Below are positions 11,359 to 22,300 of a stretch of DNA of 64,000 bases, piece after piece. Below the pieces are notes generated by a model. That model saw nothing but the letters and a program-made list of their open reading frames with translations, made no database searches and was not told the origin of the DNA. Each line of letters starts with the position of its first letter. Within the stretch, counting starts at the first letter, position 1. A program made the position numbers and the translations under genes. This stretch comes from Reclinomonas americana ATCC 50394 (Eukaryota): NCBI GenBank assembly GCA_048213135.1, contig PS015009.1, positions 434,001 to 498,000 of the forward strand. Direction: 5' to 3'.

Positions 11359-12513
11359 TTATTTACCGTCAAAATTGAACAGTAAACCAAAACGCCATGT
11401 GTTAGACATTGGAATACGGCTGATACCGCTGCCAGAAGGGAAAACATAAGCGAAGTTCAGACCGAACATGCTGTAGTTTAAACCTGCACCAACAGTGAAG
11501 TATTTCCTGTTTCCTTTGTTTGGATTTTCGTAGAAATAACCAGCCCTGAAAGCGAATTGGTTATTGTACCAGTATTCAGCACCGGCACCGATAGTGATTT
11601 CCTGAACTTCTTCGCTGAAGTCTTTAGAATCGCCGAAAGAATTAGCCCAGCTGCTAACAACACCACGATCGCGGTATTTAGCCAGGGCAGCAGCGCTGGT
11701 GTAACCAGAAGAATCCAGTTCTGGAGTTGGTACCAGCAGTTTGTTAACGTCGATTGCGAAAGTCAGTTTGTTTTTGTCGTCGAATACTTTAGTATAAGCA
11801 GCACCCAGGCCTAAGTTAGCAGGGATGAAGTCTTTTTGAGTAGCGTCGCTGGAGTAAGAAATTTTACCGCCGAGGTTGCTGAGGGTCAGACCCCAGTTCA
11901 GGCCCTGGCCGTTTTCTTTAGCGCCGTGGTGGTAGAAGTGCAGATCACCTGCAACAGTGCTACCTGCTTTGTAGTTAACCGGGCTGGAACCGAAAGTACC
12001 GGTAGCCAGGCTGGAGTTGATGTAGCGGATAGCGATACCCAGTGAGTTCTTTTTAGACAGTTTCCTTGAGTAGCCCAGATCGATAGCGAATTCCCTTGGG
12101 TTACCAGTGGCCAGGTCGTTACCAGAAGCGTCTGTGAACTGGATGCTGCCTAATTTGAAATACCTGAGTGAAGCAGAGATAGCCTGCTGATCATCAATTT
12201 TATAGAAACCACCCAGTGAAGCCAGGAATACGTCGTTGATAGACAGATCCCTCAGCCATGGAGTATAGTTAACACTAACAGAACCTTTCTTGGTGCTGAA
12301 AGGAGTCCGGGCTATATTAGCAAAATTGGCATTACCATCAGGCGCAGTTGCAATACCTACATCACCCATACCAGCGGCACGAGCATCTGGAGTTATACGT
12401 AAGAACGGAACAGCGGATGTTACGACGTTGATTTTGTTCTGGGCATTAGATACAGTTATTGCTCCTCCCAGTAACATAACTAAGGCAGTTAGTTTCAAAG
12501 TTACTTTTTTCAT
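11359..12513 (-). CDS. porV: Type IX secretion system outer-membrane protein PorV
   Basis: VPFLRITPDARAAGMGD, YTPWL and GYFYE..KGNRKY motifs; upstream of ispF; ATG at 12513 gives a signal peptide. Confidence 0.88.
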   Translation of the reverse strand: MKKVTLKLTALVMLLGGAITVSNAQNKINVVTSAVPFLRITPDARAAGMGDVGIATAPDGNANFANIARTPFSTKKGSVSVNYTPWLRDLSINDVFLASLGGFYKIDDQQAISASLRYFKLGSIQFTDASGNDLATGNPREFAIDLGYSRKLSKKNSLGIAIRYINSSLATGTFGSSPVNYKAGSTVAGDLHFYHHGAKENGQGLNWGLTLSNLGGKISYSSDATQKDFIPANLGLGAAYTKVFDDKNKLTFAIDVNKLLVPTPELDSSGYTSAAALAKYRDRGVVSSWANSFGDSKDFSEEVQEITIGAGAEYWYNNQFAFRAGYFYENPNKGNRKYFTVGAGLNYSMFGLNFAYVFPSGSGISRIPMSNTWRFGLLFNFDGK

Positions 12514-12660
12514 GCGTTTTGTTTTGTCTTGGTTAGGTAGACTTACCTCTATAAGCGTTAAGTTTAATGGTTGTGTTCTAGTTGTAAAAATAACGGTTTT
12601 ATTGAAATGAACAACTAAATTATAAAATCTTGTTAAAAAATCCAAAACCGGGAACCATTG

Positions 12661-12668
12661 CAAAGATA
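12661..12668 (-). promoter_or_regulatory. Bacteroidota sigma70 -7 element (TATCTTTG) upstream of porV
   Basis: Exact match to the TAnnTTTG consensus on the minus strand. Confidence 0.5.
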
Positions 12669-13362
12669 AGCGCTTTTATCTCTCCCACAATACCACGAAT
12701 GGGTAAGTCGCTATTTATATCTTTCTATTAATCAGCCTCTCCGGCCTCGGTGGACCATAAAACGTCCAATGCTTGTGATTATTGCGGCAGCTTTTCCTTT
12801 CACTTTCTGCGGAAAACCGGCATTTGCGGTGCTTTCTGACTGGAAATTGTACCGCTTACAGTCAGTATCTGTTTCATTTACACAGGAATACCGGCTATGG
12901 TAACCGTTCTTTTGCAACATTATAACACCTGAACGTATCCACCAAAAAAAACGGCAAGAATATTTGTACTTAATTTTTTATACGAAAAAATAAATACCCC
13001 GGACCGTAAGGACTTTTTTTACCGGGAAAGGCGGCTTTACCCTGTCTCATCCGGCTTCAAAGAGCAGCCAGGCCTTTGGCCGGGCGAAAAACCGGAATAC
13101 AGACAACAGGTTTTTTCAATTCGTTGCATAACAATCCGTTATTTTTTTCATCTTCTCCTGTCTTTTGATTTGGATTCCTGCTGTCCTTTCTCCAAAGGCC
13201 TTGCCGGTGGCGGCATTCGTTTATCCACAACGCTTCCCGAACCGGACGGTAAAAAAACAGGGGTAAATATTCCAATTTCAGGCAAAGTAATTATATTCGC
13301 AGCCTGTGTAACCCCACATACAATAATTAAGGAAACCTTTCGTTAAACAATTCGACAAACGA

Positions 13363-14931
13363 ATGAACATGCAAAAACTATTTTCAGGCAGGAACCTGAT
13401 GTTGATTGTAACCGCAGCTGTTACCCTGAGCGCTTGTAAGAAGAGCGGCAAAAGTGGTAAATCATCTACTACGGGCTGGAATTATGATGACAAGAACATG
13501 GGCAATTTTCACGTTGCCAAAGTGAAATATCCCAAGGCAGGACCCGGCCTGGTATTCGTTCAGGGTGGTTCATTCGTAATGGGCGCCAAGGACGAGGATA
13601 TCATGGGTGACTGGAACAACGTTCCCCGCCGTGTTACCGTGCCTTCTTTCTTTATCGACGAAACCGAGGTGGCCAACGTTCACTACCGTGAATACCTGTA
13701 CTGGCTTTCCAACACCTTCTCTGCTGATACCTTCATTATGAGAAAAGCCCTGCCGGATACCCTGGTATGGCGTGAGGAACTGGCTTATAATGAGCCTTAC
13801 GTGGAATACTATTTCCGCTATCCTTCTTATAACTACTATCCTGTAGTGGGTGTTAACTGGAGGCAGGCGCACGATTTCTGTATCTGGCGTACCGACAGGG
13901 TGAATGAACTGAACCTGCAGAAGAAAGGCTTCCTGAAAAAAGACGCGATCAAAAGGGAAATGAAAGGCGCCGGCGCTGACGGTTCTTTCAATACCGAAAC
14001 ATACCTGATGGCCCCGGATATGATCCAGGCAAGGAATAAACCTAAGAAAACGAACCTGAAAGACGTGAACGGTAAACCAAGGTCTACCGTAACCATGGAA
14101 GACGGTATCCTGAATATGGGTTATCGCCTGCCTACTGAAGCAGAATGGGAATATGCTGCCTACGGTATGCTGGCCCAGAACCCTTCTCCACGTACCAAAG
14201 AAAAGAAAAGCGGTGAAGAGTTGTTCTCTAATCAGCAGATCTATTCCTGGAGCCAGAATCCTAACGGCCTCCGTGATAACCGCCGTGGCAGCTGGCAGGG
14301 TAAATTCCTGGCCAACTTCAAACGCGGAAGTGGTGATAACATGGGTGTTGCCGGTGGTCTGAATGACCGTGCCGCTATCCCTGGTAATATCAAATCGTTT
14401 TACCCCAATGCATTCGGTCTGTACAACATGAGTGGTAACGTGAGCGAATGGGTAGGTGACGTATACAGGCCAATGACACCAAGCGACGCGGAAGACTTCA
14501 ACTATTTCCGTGGTAATAAATTCCAGAAATATTACAAGAATTCCGGTGGCGATTATGAAAGGGATACCATGGGCCGCCTGAAAAAAGTAGACATCTCTGA
14601 TGACGAAGTAAGGGGTCGCAGCAACTACCAGAAAAATAACGTGATCAACTACCTCGATGGTGATTCTGCCAGCGGTGTATTCTATGGTTATGGTGTTTCT
14701 TCCCTGATCAATGATTCATCCAGGGTGATCAAAGGTGGCAGCTGGAACGACAGGCCATACTGGTTGTCTCCCGGCACACGCCGTTTCATGCAGGAAGACC
14801 AGGCTGCCAGCACAGTAGGTTTCCGCTGCGCTCAAACCTATCTCGGACCTCCGGAAGGACCCGGATTTAAAGAAGGTAACAACTTCGCCAAACGCAAACA
14901 GAACTCACGCAAAGGCAAGAAGAAAAAATAA
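13363..14931 (+). CDS. gldJ: Gliding motility lipoprotein GldJ (FGE-sulfatase domain)
   Basis: Lipobox LSAC; DETEVAN, YPVVGVNW, RLPTEAEWEYAA and GFRCA motifs; upstream of murF and divergent from porV. Confidence 0.82.
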   Translation: MNMQKLFSGRNLMLIVTAAVTLSACKKSGKSGKSSTTGWNYDDKNMGNFHVAKVKYPKAGPGLVFVQGGSFVMGAKDEDIMGDWNNVPRRVTVPSFFIDETEVANVHYREYLYWLSNTFSADTFIMRKALPDTLVWREELAYNEPYVEYYFRYPSYNYYPVVGVNWRQAHDFCIWRTDRVNELNLQKKGFLKKDAIKREMKGAGADGSFNTETYLMAPDMIQARNKPKKTNLKDVNGKPRSTVTMEDGILNMGYRLPTEAEWEYAAYGMLAQNPSPRTKEKKSGEELFSNQQIYSWSQNPNGLRDNRRGSWQGKFLANFKRGSGDNMGVAGGLNDRAAIPGNIKSFYPNAFGLYNMSGNVSEWVGDVYRPMTPSDAEDFNYFRGNKFQKYYKNSGGDYERDTMGRLKKVDISDDEVRGRSNYQKNNVINYLDGDSASGVFYGYGVSSLINDSSRVIKGGSWNDRPYWLSPGTRRFMQEDQAASTVGFRCAQTYLGPPEGPGFKEGNNFAKRKQNSRKGKKKK

Positions 14932-14950
14932 CGAACTCTTTATAAAGAAG

Positions 14951-14974
14951 CCTCCCCAAGCGGGAGGTTTTTTT
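14951..14974 (+). terminator. Intrinsic terminator after gldJ
   Basis: CCTCCC-caagc-GGGAGG hairpin followed by T7. Confidence 0.75.
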
Positions 14975-15053
14975 ATGCCTTGTATGCAGGGCCCGGAGAT
15001 TTTAAAATTTTGATTTTTGAATTTTTAATTTTCATGATTGTATTTTTGATCTC

Positions 15054-16331
15054 ATGGAAATACAGGAACTATACCGCATATTTTTACAGCACCCTTCGGT
15101 ACAAACCGACAGCAGGAAGATACAAGCAGGAGATATTTTTTTCGCGCTGAAAGGCCCCAGCTTCAATGGCAACCTGTTTGCCGGCCAGGCTATCGCCGAC
15201 GGAGCGGCCTATGCCATTGTAGACGAGTACAGCGGGCCACCTAATGACAGAATAATAGTTACTGAAGATTGCCTGGCCACATTACAGCAACTCGCGGGCT
15301 ATCACCGCCTGCAGTTCAACATACCTTTTATCGCCATCACCGGCAGCAATGGCAAAACCACCACCAAGGAACTGGTGCATGAGGTATTGTCTGCCAGGTA
15401 CATCACTTATACCACAGAGGGTAACCTCAACAACCATATCGGCGTTCCTTTAACACTGCTTAAAATCAAGCCCGATGCGCAGATGGCCATCGTAGAGATG
15501 GGCGCCAACCACCAGCGGGAAATCGCTTCCTATTGCGAATATGCCCGGCCTACACACGGTTTAATCACCAATGCCGGTAAAGCCCACCTGGAAGGATTTG
15601 GCGGTGTTGAGGGTATTCGCAAAGGCAAGGGTGAGCTGTTCGATTTCCTGCGCACGCACAATGGCACGGCCTTCATCATGAAAGATTACGATTACCTCAG
15701 CGACATGAGCAGGGGCATCAATGAAGTGATAACCTATGGTACAAAAGATGCCGGCATAACCGGCGAAGTGGCCGGCAGCGCCAGTTTGCTTGAGGTAAAG
15801 ATCACGGGAGGTACTGATCCCATGCTTATCCGCACGCAGCTGGTTGGAGATTACAACCTGCCCAACGTACTTGCGGCAGTAGCTTTGGGAAAATATTTTG
15901 ACGTGTCTCCTGAAAAGATCAGGCTGGCACTGGAAAACTACGCACCCTCCAACAGCCGTTCGCAACTGGTACGGTCGGGTACCAACAACATCATTCTCGA
16001 CGCTTATAACGCGAACCCCAGCAGTATGAAAGCGGCCATTGAGAATTTTGCATCCATGGAAGGCAACAGCAAAGTGCTGATGCTGGGCGGTATGCGGGAA
16101 CTGGGTGAGGAAAGTAATGCCGAACACCAGGCCCTTGTCAACCTGATTCAACAGTATAAATGGAAAGAAGTGGTATTGGTAGGTGGCGATTTTAAAAATA
16201 TACAACAGCCTTATCAATATTTTGATAACTCGGAACAGGCCCGCGACTGGTACAGGCAGCAGCAGTTCCAGGATACGCAGGTACTGATAAAAGGATCGAG
16301 AGGTATACAAATGGAAAAAGTGCTGCAGTAA
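15054..16331 (+). CDS. murF: UDP-N-acetylmuramoyl-tripeptide--D-Ala-D-Ala ligase
   Basis: ITGSNGKTTTKE, NNHIGVP, DAYNANPSSM and IKGSRG motifs. Confidence 0.95.
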   Translation: MEIQELYRIFLQHPSVQTDSRKIQAGDIFFALKGPSFNGNLFAGQAIADGAAYAIVDEYSGPPNDRIIVTEDCLATLQQLAGYHRLQFNIPFIAITGSNGKTTTKELVHEVLSARYITYTTEGNLNNHIGVPLTLLKIKPDAQMAIVEMGANHQREIASYCEYARPTHGLITNAGKAHLEGFGGVEGIRKGKGELFDFLRTHNGTAFIMKDYDYLSDMSRGINEVITYGTKDAGITGEVAGSASLLEVKITGGTDPMLIRTQLVGDYNLPNVLAAVALGKYFDVSPEKIRLALENYAPSNSRSQLVRSGTNNIILDAYNANPSSMKAAIENFASMEGNSKVLMLGGMRELGEESNAEHQALVNLIQQYKWKEVVLVGGDFKNIQQPYQYFDNSEQARDWYRQQQFQDTQVLIKGSRGIQMEKVLQ

Positions 16332-16361
16332 AACTACATTCTTCACGAAACGGTAATGGTA

Positions 16362-19300
16362 TCAGAACAGCAATTTCACTTCATGTTCCTGCCTGTCATT
16401 TTTTAATATAATGAACATGTCCTGCTGAATTACACCATCGAGGTATACTTCCTGTTTTTGCTTTCCTTCCTGTGCATAATGGATGTGATACACACTGTCG
16501 CCAAACCGGTAATGTATAGTAACAGAAGGCCAGTCCGCAGGCAGGCAGGGCCTGAATTCCAACCTGTCGCCCTTACGTTTCAATCCAATGAACCATTCCA
16601 TGATCAACTGGTACATCCACCCTGCCGAGCCGGTATACCAGGTCCAGCCTCCACGACCCTTGTGTAACGGTTGCGCATATACGTCGGCGGCAATCACGTA
16701 AGGCTCTACTTTATATACTTCCATTTTTTCGGGTGTGCTGCCATGATTAACCGGGTTGATCAGTTGCAGTAATTCCCAGGTCTTCTCTTTATCTCCCAAT
16801 GCGGCAAAGGCCATGGTAAGCCACACCGCCGCATGTGTATACTGTCCGCCGTTTTCCCGCACACCGGGTACATAACCTTTGATATAGCCCGGGTTCAGGT
16901 CAGACTGATCAAAAGGCGGGTCGAATAACTGGATGATCTTTTCTTCCTTGCGCACCAGTTTTTTATAGGCCGATGCCATGGCCTGCTGCATTCTTTTTTC
17001 GTCGCCCGATGCAGACAGAACAGACCAGCTTTGAGCGATCGAGTCAATTTTACATTCGTCATTCTCTACTGAGCCCAGCGGTGTGCCATCATCAAAGAAA
17101 GCTCTCTTGTACCATTCTCCATCCCAGCCATGCTGTTGTATATTGCTGTTAAGCAGTGCGGCTTGTTGTTTGCATTTACCTGCAACGGCGTCATCTGATC
17201 TTGATTGTGCCAGTTCACCAAAGCGTACCAGTATATCATACAGGAAAAAGGCCAGCCATATGCTTTCACCTTTTCCATGATGTCCCACCCTGTCCATACC
17301 ATCATTCCAATCGCCTGATCCCATCAGCGGCAAACCATGTTCTCCAAAAGTCAATCCATGCTCTATCGCTTTCACACAATGTTCGTAGAGCGAACCCGAT
17401 TCATCGGAACGTATCGGCAGGTCATAATAAGATTCTTCACCGGAATGCAGCGACCTTCCTTCCAGGTAATGAACCTGTTCATCAAGAACCGCCTCATCCC
17501 CGGTAACTTCTATATACCTCAACGTTACAAATGGCAGCCAGAGGTAATCGTCGGAACAGGTTGTGCGCACACCCCTCCCCATGGGCGGATGCCACCAGTG
17601 CTGCACATCTCCTTTCCTGAATTGCCGCGATGCACATAAGAGGACCTGCTCCCTCGCCTGTTCGGGCTGTGTATGCAGCATCGACAGCATATCCTGCAAC
17701 TGGTCCCTGAAACCAAACGCGCCGCCCGATTGATAAAACCCGCTCCTGGCCCATATCCTGCTCGATAAAGTCTGGTAATTGAGCCAGCCGTTCGCCAACA
17801 GGTCAACCGCCTTGTCCGGCGTTTCCACGCGAACCGTATGCAGCGTCCGCTCCCAGTACCTTTTAATTTCTTCCAATACTTTATGCGCCGCTTCATCTCC
17901 TTCAAACCTGCGGATCAGTGTTAAAGCATCGTCGGTATTTTTCCCTGCGCCCAACCGGAACACGATCTCCCTTTCTTCGCCTTCGCCCAACTCAACCTGT
18001 ACCTGTAATACACCACAGGGATCAAGCGCAGCGCCCGTTCTGCCCGACAGTCTTACCCGCTTCATGGCTGCAGGGCTTGACAGCAAACCATTCCTGCCGA
18101 TGAATTCCGCCCGGTCGGTAGTGAAACTCCGGTTTCGGTCATCTGCATCAAAGAAGATCACTTTATTATCTAATGCTGTATTGTAGCGATTCCTCGCCAG
18201 CAATGCTCCTGTTGATGTATCCGCTTCTGTGATCACATGCATGATGGATTTGGCACGCAGATCGCCGAGCACCCATTCCATATAACCGGTGAGTGATAAT
18301 TTTCTGGTGCGCCTGGTATCATTGCGCAGGCGTATTGAAATAAATTTTACGCTTTCGGTAAGGTGCGTGTACACACACATCTCAGAATAAATACCATTTT
18401 CCGCGTGCTGAAAAGTACTGTAACCATAGCCATGCCTGGTAATATAAGGCAGGTTAGACCTGCAGGGCAGCGGTGCCGGCGACCAGAAACTGCCGCTTTC
18501 TTCATCCCGCACATAAAAAGCTTCTCCCTGCAGATCGCATACCGGGTCGTTGTTCCAGGGCGTCAGCCGCAATTCGTGGGCATTCTCTATCCAGGTATAG
18601 GATTGACCGCTTTCAGAAATAATACTGCCGAAGGTTGGATTGGCCAGTACATTGCTCCATGGGGCGGGTGTTGTTTCATTAGCGGAAGTTATGATCACAT
18701 ATTCTTTTCCATCGGCGGAAAAACCTCCTCTTCCGTTAAAGAAGTGCAGTTCTTCTTCAATGGCCACCGGGTTGCTCACAATCTCGTCTGTGCGTGTGGG
18801 TGACAACAAAGGAATGTTAAGCCTGGTCTTGCTCCTCCTGTTCACCTGTTCTTCCAGCGTTCCCTGGCTGTCGGAGATCACGATATGCGCTACGGTCTGG
18901 AACAGTATCCTGTCCTCATTCGACACCTGGTCGGCAGAACGGATGAAGATACCTCCCGGCTGGTCTTTGATGTCCATGCTGGTGCCCGGCGCGATGAAGC
19001 CCAGTATCTGGTTCTGCAAAGCCTGCCGGTAGCCGCCATGGTCATCATTGATGATCACGAGGTCCACTACAAGCCCCTTTAACCGCCAGTAAGCATGCGC
19101 CTGCACCATTTGTTTAACCAGGTCAATATTGTCTGATTCTTCAATGAGCACCAATACTATGGGCAGGTCGCCGGAAATGGAGTAGCCCCACAACCCCGAC
19201 TGGCTGAGGTGGTTTTTCAATATAACGGAGGCATCAGCCCGCAGGGAATCATTGGCAAAAATGATGGAGCCTGCCAGCTTCGCGTACAACTGCGCATCGG

Positions 19301-22300
19301 ATTCCAGCGCGTTGATCTGGCGCAGGATCACCTGGCTGTGCGTCCACGACAACTCGATCACACGGCTGATCATGTAATGATCCTGGTATTTATTGACGAG
19401 GTTATAACAATTATCTTTTGTATCGGCAATGCCATATACCATATCCACCATGGCAGATTCACCGGGTTCAATGGTAATGCGGTACCGGATAGCCACAACA
19501 GGATCCAGCACAGCACCCTCGGTGCCGGTAAGTGGGCCGGTTTTGCCAAGTACCTGTGCATTGGAGAGATTTCTTCCCCGGCCAATGAATTTGGCCCTGT
19601 CTGTTTCATACGACACTTCCTGCACTTTGGCGCCGGACACTTTCATCAGGTGAAACATGAATGGTGGTTTCTCATCCACCGACCTGGGGCGTCGTGAACA
19701 AAGGATCGCGTTTTTCTGCTGCAGTATCTCTGTCTGTATAAATAATTTATTAAACGCAGGATGAAGTTCATCGGCTATAGGTACGGTAAGCACCACTTCG
19801 GCATAACTGATCACTTCTATATTGCGCACCTTGCGTGACCGATTGGTGAGGTGTACCCGTCTCAGTTCAATATCATCTTCAGGAGACACCACGATCTCTG
19901 TGTGCGTTTCGATGCCCTGGTCGCGGCGCCGGAATTCGGCCTTACCCTGTGAAAATACCGCTTCGTAACTATCGCCCTTGCCCAGTACCGGCTGGTGGGC
20001 GTTGGACCATACCACATCATTATCAGCATCACGGATGAAACAAAATATCCCGGTATTGTCGCAGGTGCTGTCCTCACGCCAACGGTTAATCGCCGTTTGT
20101 TTCCAGCGGCTGTATCCTCCGCCGGCATTAGTGATCATTACATTGTAATTGCCATTGGACAACAGTTGTACTTCCGGAATTATGGTATCAGGTGTACTGA
20201 TCACCCGCATGGGCGTTTCCGCTCCGCTGATCAGGCCCGCTGCATCTGCAATATGTGCGGAAGGTGAATAAAAAGTGGTTACCCTGGGAATACGTTCCTG
20301 CAGCAAAAGAAGCGTGGTCTTTACCTGTACATCGGATTCAAATCTTTTTTGCATGGGCTGATCAAGCAGCAGGTAAGCCAGTGAAAGAAAACCCATGCCC
20401 TGGTGGTGCGCCATAAAAGACTGTATAACGGTATGTGTTTTCCTGCCCGGCTGACGCGACGCGGTGTAGTCAATCGCTTCATAAAAACCATACTGTCCTT
20501 CAAAACCCAGTTCTTTCATGCGTTGCATGTTCTGCCATGCCTCTTCGGGAGCAACCATCAGCGACATCAGCGTGGCATAAGGCGCTATCACCAGGTCCTC
20601 TCCCAGCCCGCGTTTGAAGCCCAATCCCGGTACACCGAAAGCCCGGTACTGGTAATTGAGGCTGGCATCTACCATATTGTACCCCGACTCTGAAATACCC
20701 CAGGGCACATTCCGTTTTTTTCCATAGTCAATCTGTTTTTGTACAACGGCTTTGTAGGTCTGTTCGAGCAGGGTATTTTCATACGATGGCATGATCAGCA
20801 ATGGCATCAGGTATTCAAACATGGAGCCGCTCCACGACAGCAGGATAGGCATGGCGCCGGCATTGGTCAGTTGCCTGCCCAGTGCAAACCAGCTCTCCTG
20901 TGGTATCTTACCCTGGGCTATACCGAGGAAGGCAGCCAGCCTGGCTTCTGAGGCCAGCAGGTCATAATAGCTGTTGTCCTTACGATGTTCATCTGCATTA
21001 TAACCGATAGCCAGCAGGTGTTGCGTTCTGTCGTACAGGAAACCATAATCAATATTACAGTACTCATCACATTTCAGTTGCACCGTATCCGCATCAGTAA
21101 AAAATTGCCGCAACCGTTCTACAGATGCCGTCACCGCTTTTTCATATTCACCCAGCAACTGGCGTTTTGCTGTATCGTTTTCGGCCGGCAATTGTTCATG
21201 CAGGGTTTCCAGGAAACGATGGTTACCGGTTTCAAGCGCTTCATAAGTGGGTATGTCCAGTTCCGTACCGGCAAGCAGGCCCTGGTATTTTTCCGGCAAC
21301 GGCGGCAGGTTCAACCAGGGCAGGAACGCGATGCACTCGTCACGCATTTCTTCCAGTTGCGACAGCGTATTTTTTTCCCATCCTGCGGTAACACTCATCT
21401 TGCTGATAAACGCAATCAGGCGGCTAAGCTCTGCTACGGTAGCCGCGAAAGAGACGGGCTTATTGCGGCACACCTGTTCCAGCTCCGACTGCAGTTGTTG
21501 CTGACCGGCATGAACAACCTGCTCACCCGCCATGCGAACGGTATCCAGCAGGCCTTCAAAAAACCTGCCCGGGATTACCTTGTCCACCCGGAGCGACAAC
21601 ACGCCTTGTTTGAGTGTAATAAGATGACCGGCAAAATTGCCACTGTCTACCGTAGAAATATATTTCGGGTGAAGCGGTTCCAGCGTAACCGTATCATACC
21701 AGTTGTAAAGATGGCCACGAAAGCGTCCCATTTTATCAAGCGATGTAAGGGTGCGGTTGCTCCTGCTGAGCAACTTTCCTGCAGTGATGTATCCAAAATC
21801 ATACGCGGCAAGATTCGATAATAAAGAGAGACCGATATTGGTAGGTGATGTACGATGAGCGATGCGCTCCACGGGATTTTCCTGGTAGTTATCCGGCGGC
21901 AGCCAGTTATCGTGGTCTCCCACAAATGTTTCAAAAAAAGCCCAGATCTTTCTTGCCGTAGTATAGAGCGCCGCGACTTGCCCGACAGTAAGATCCGACT
22001 TGCGGACGGTAAGCGGGAAGCTGATGGTTCGTGTAATATAGGGCGATGCCAGCCACAGGATCAGAAAAGGCAAGGCAATGGCAAATGAAACCGGGTTGTA
22101 AGAGAGAAGATAAATAAAAAGCGATGCGGATAACACCACAGGGAACCACATCTTTACATATTCACCAAGTATGGAATTGTGCCAGTTCTTTTTAGCACTG
22201 CCAAAAGGATTCCACTGCAGCAGTTTGCGGCGTGAAATGTAAACCCGCCACAGTGTTCGAACTATTGCATCGGTATTGATGTACGCCTCGTAAGGAATAC

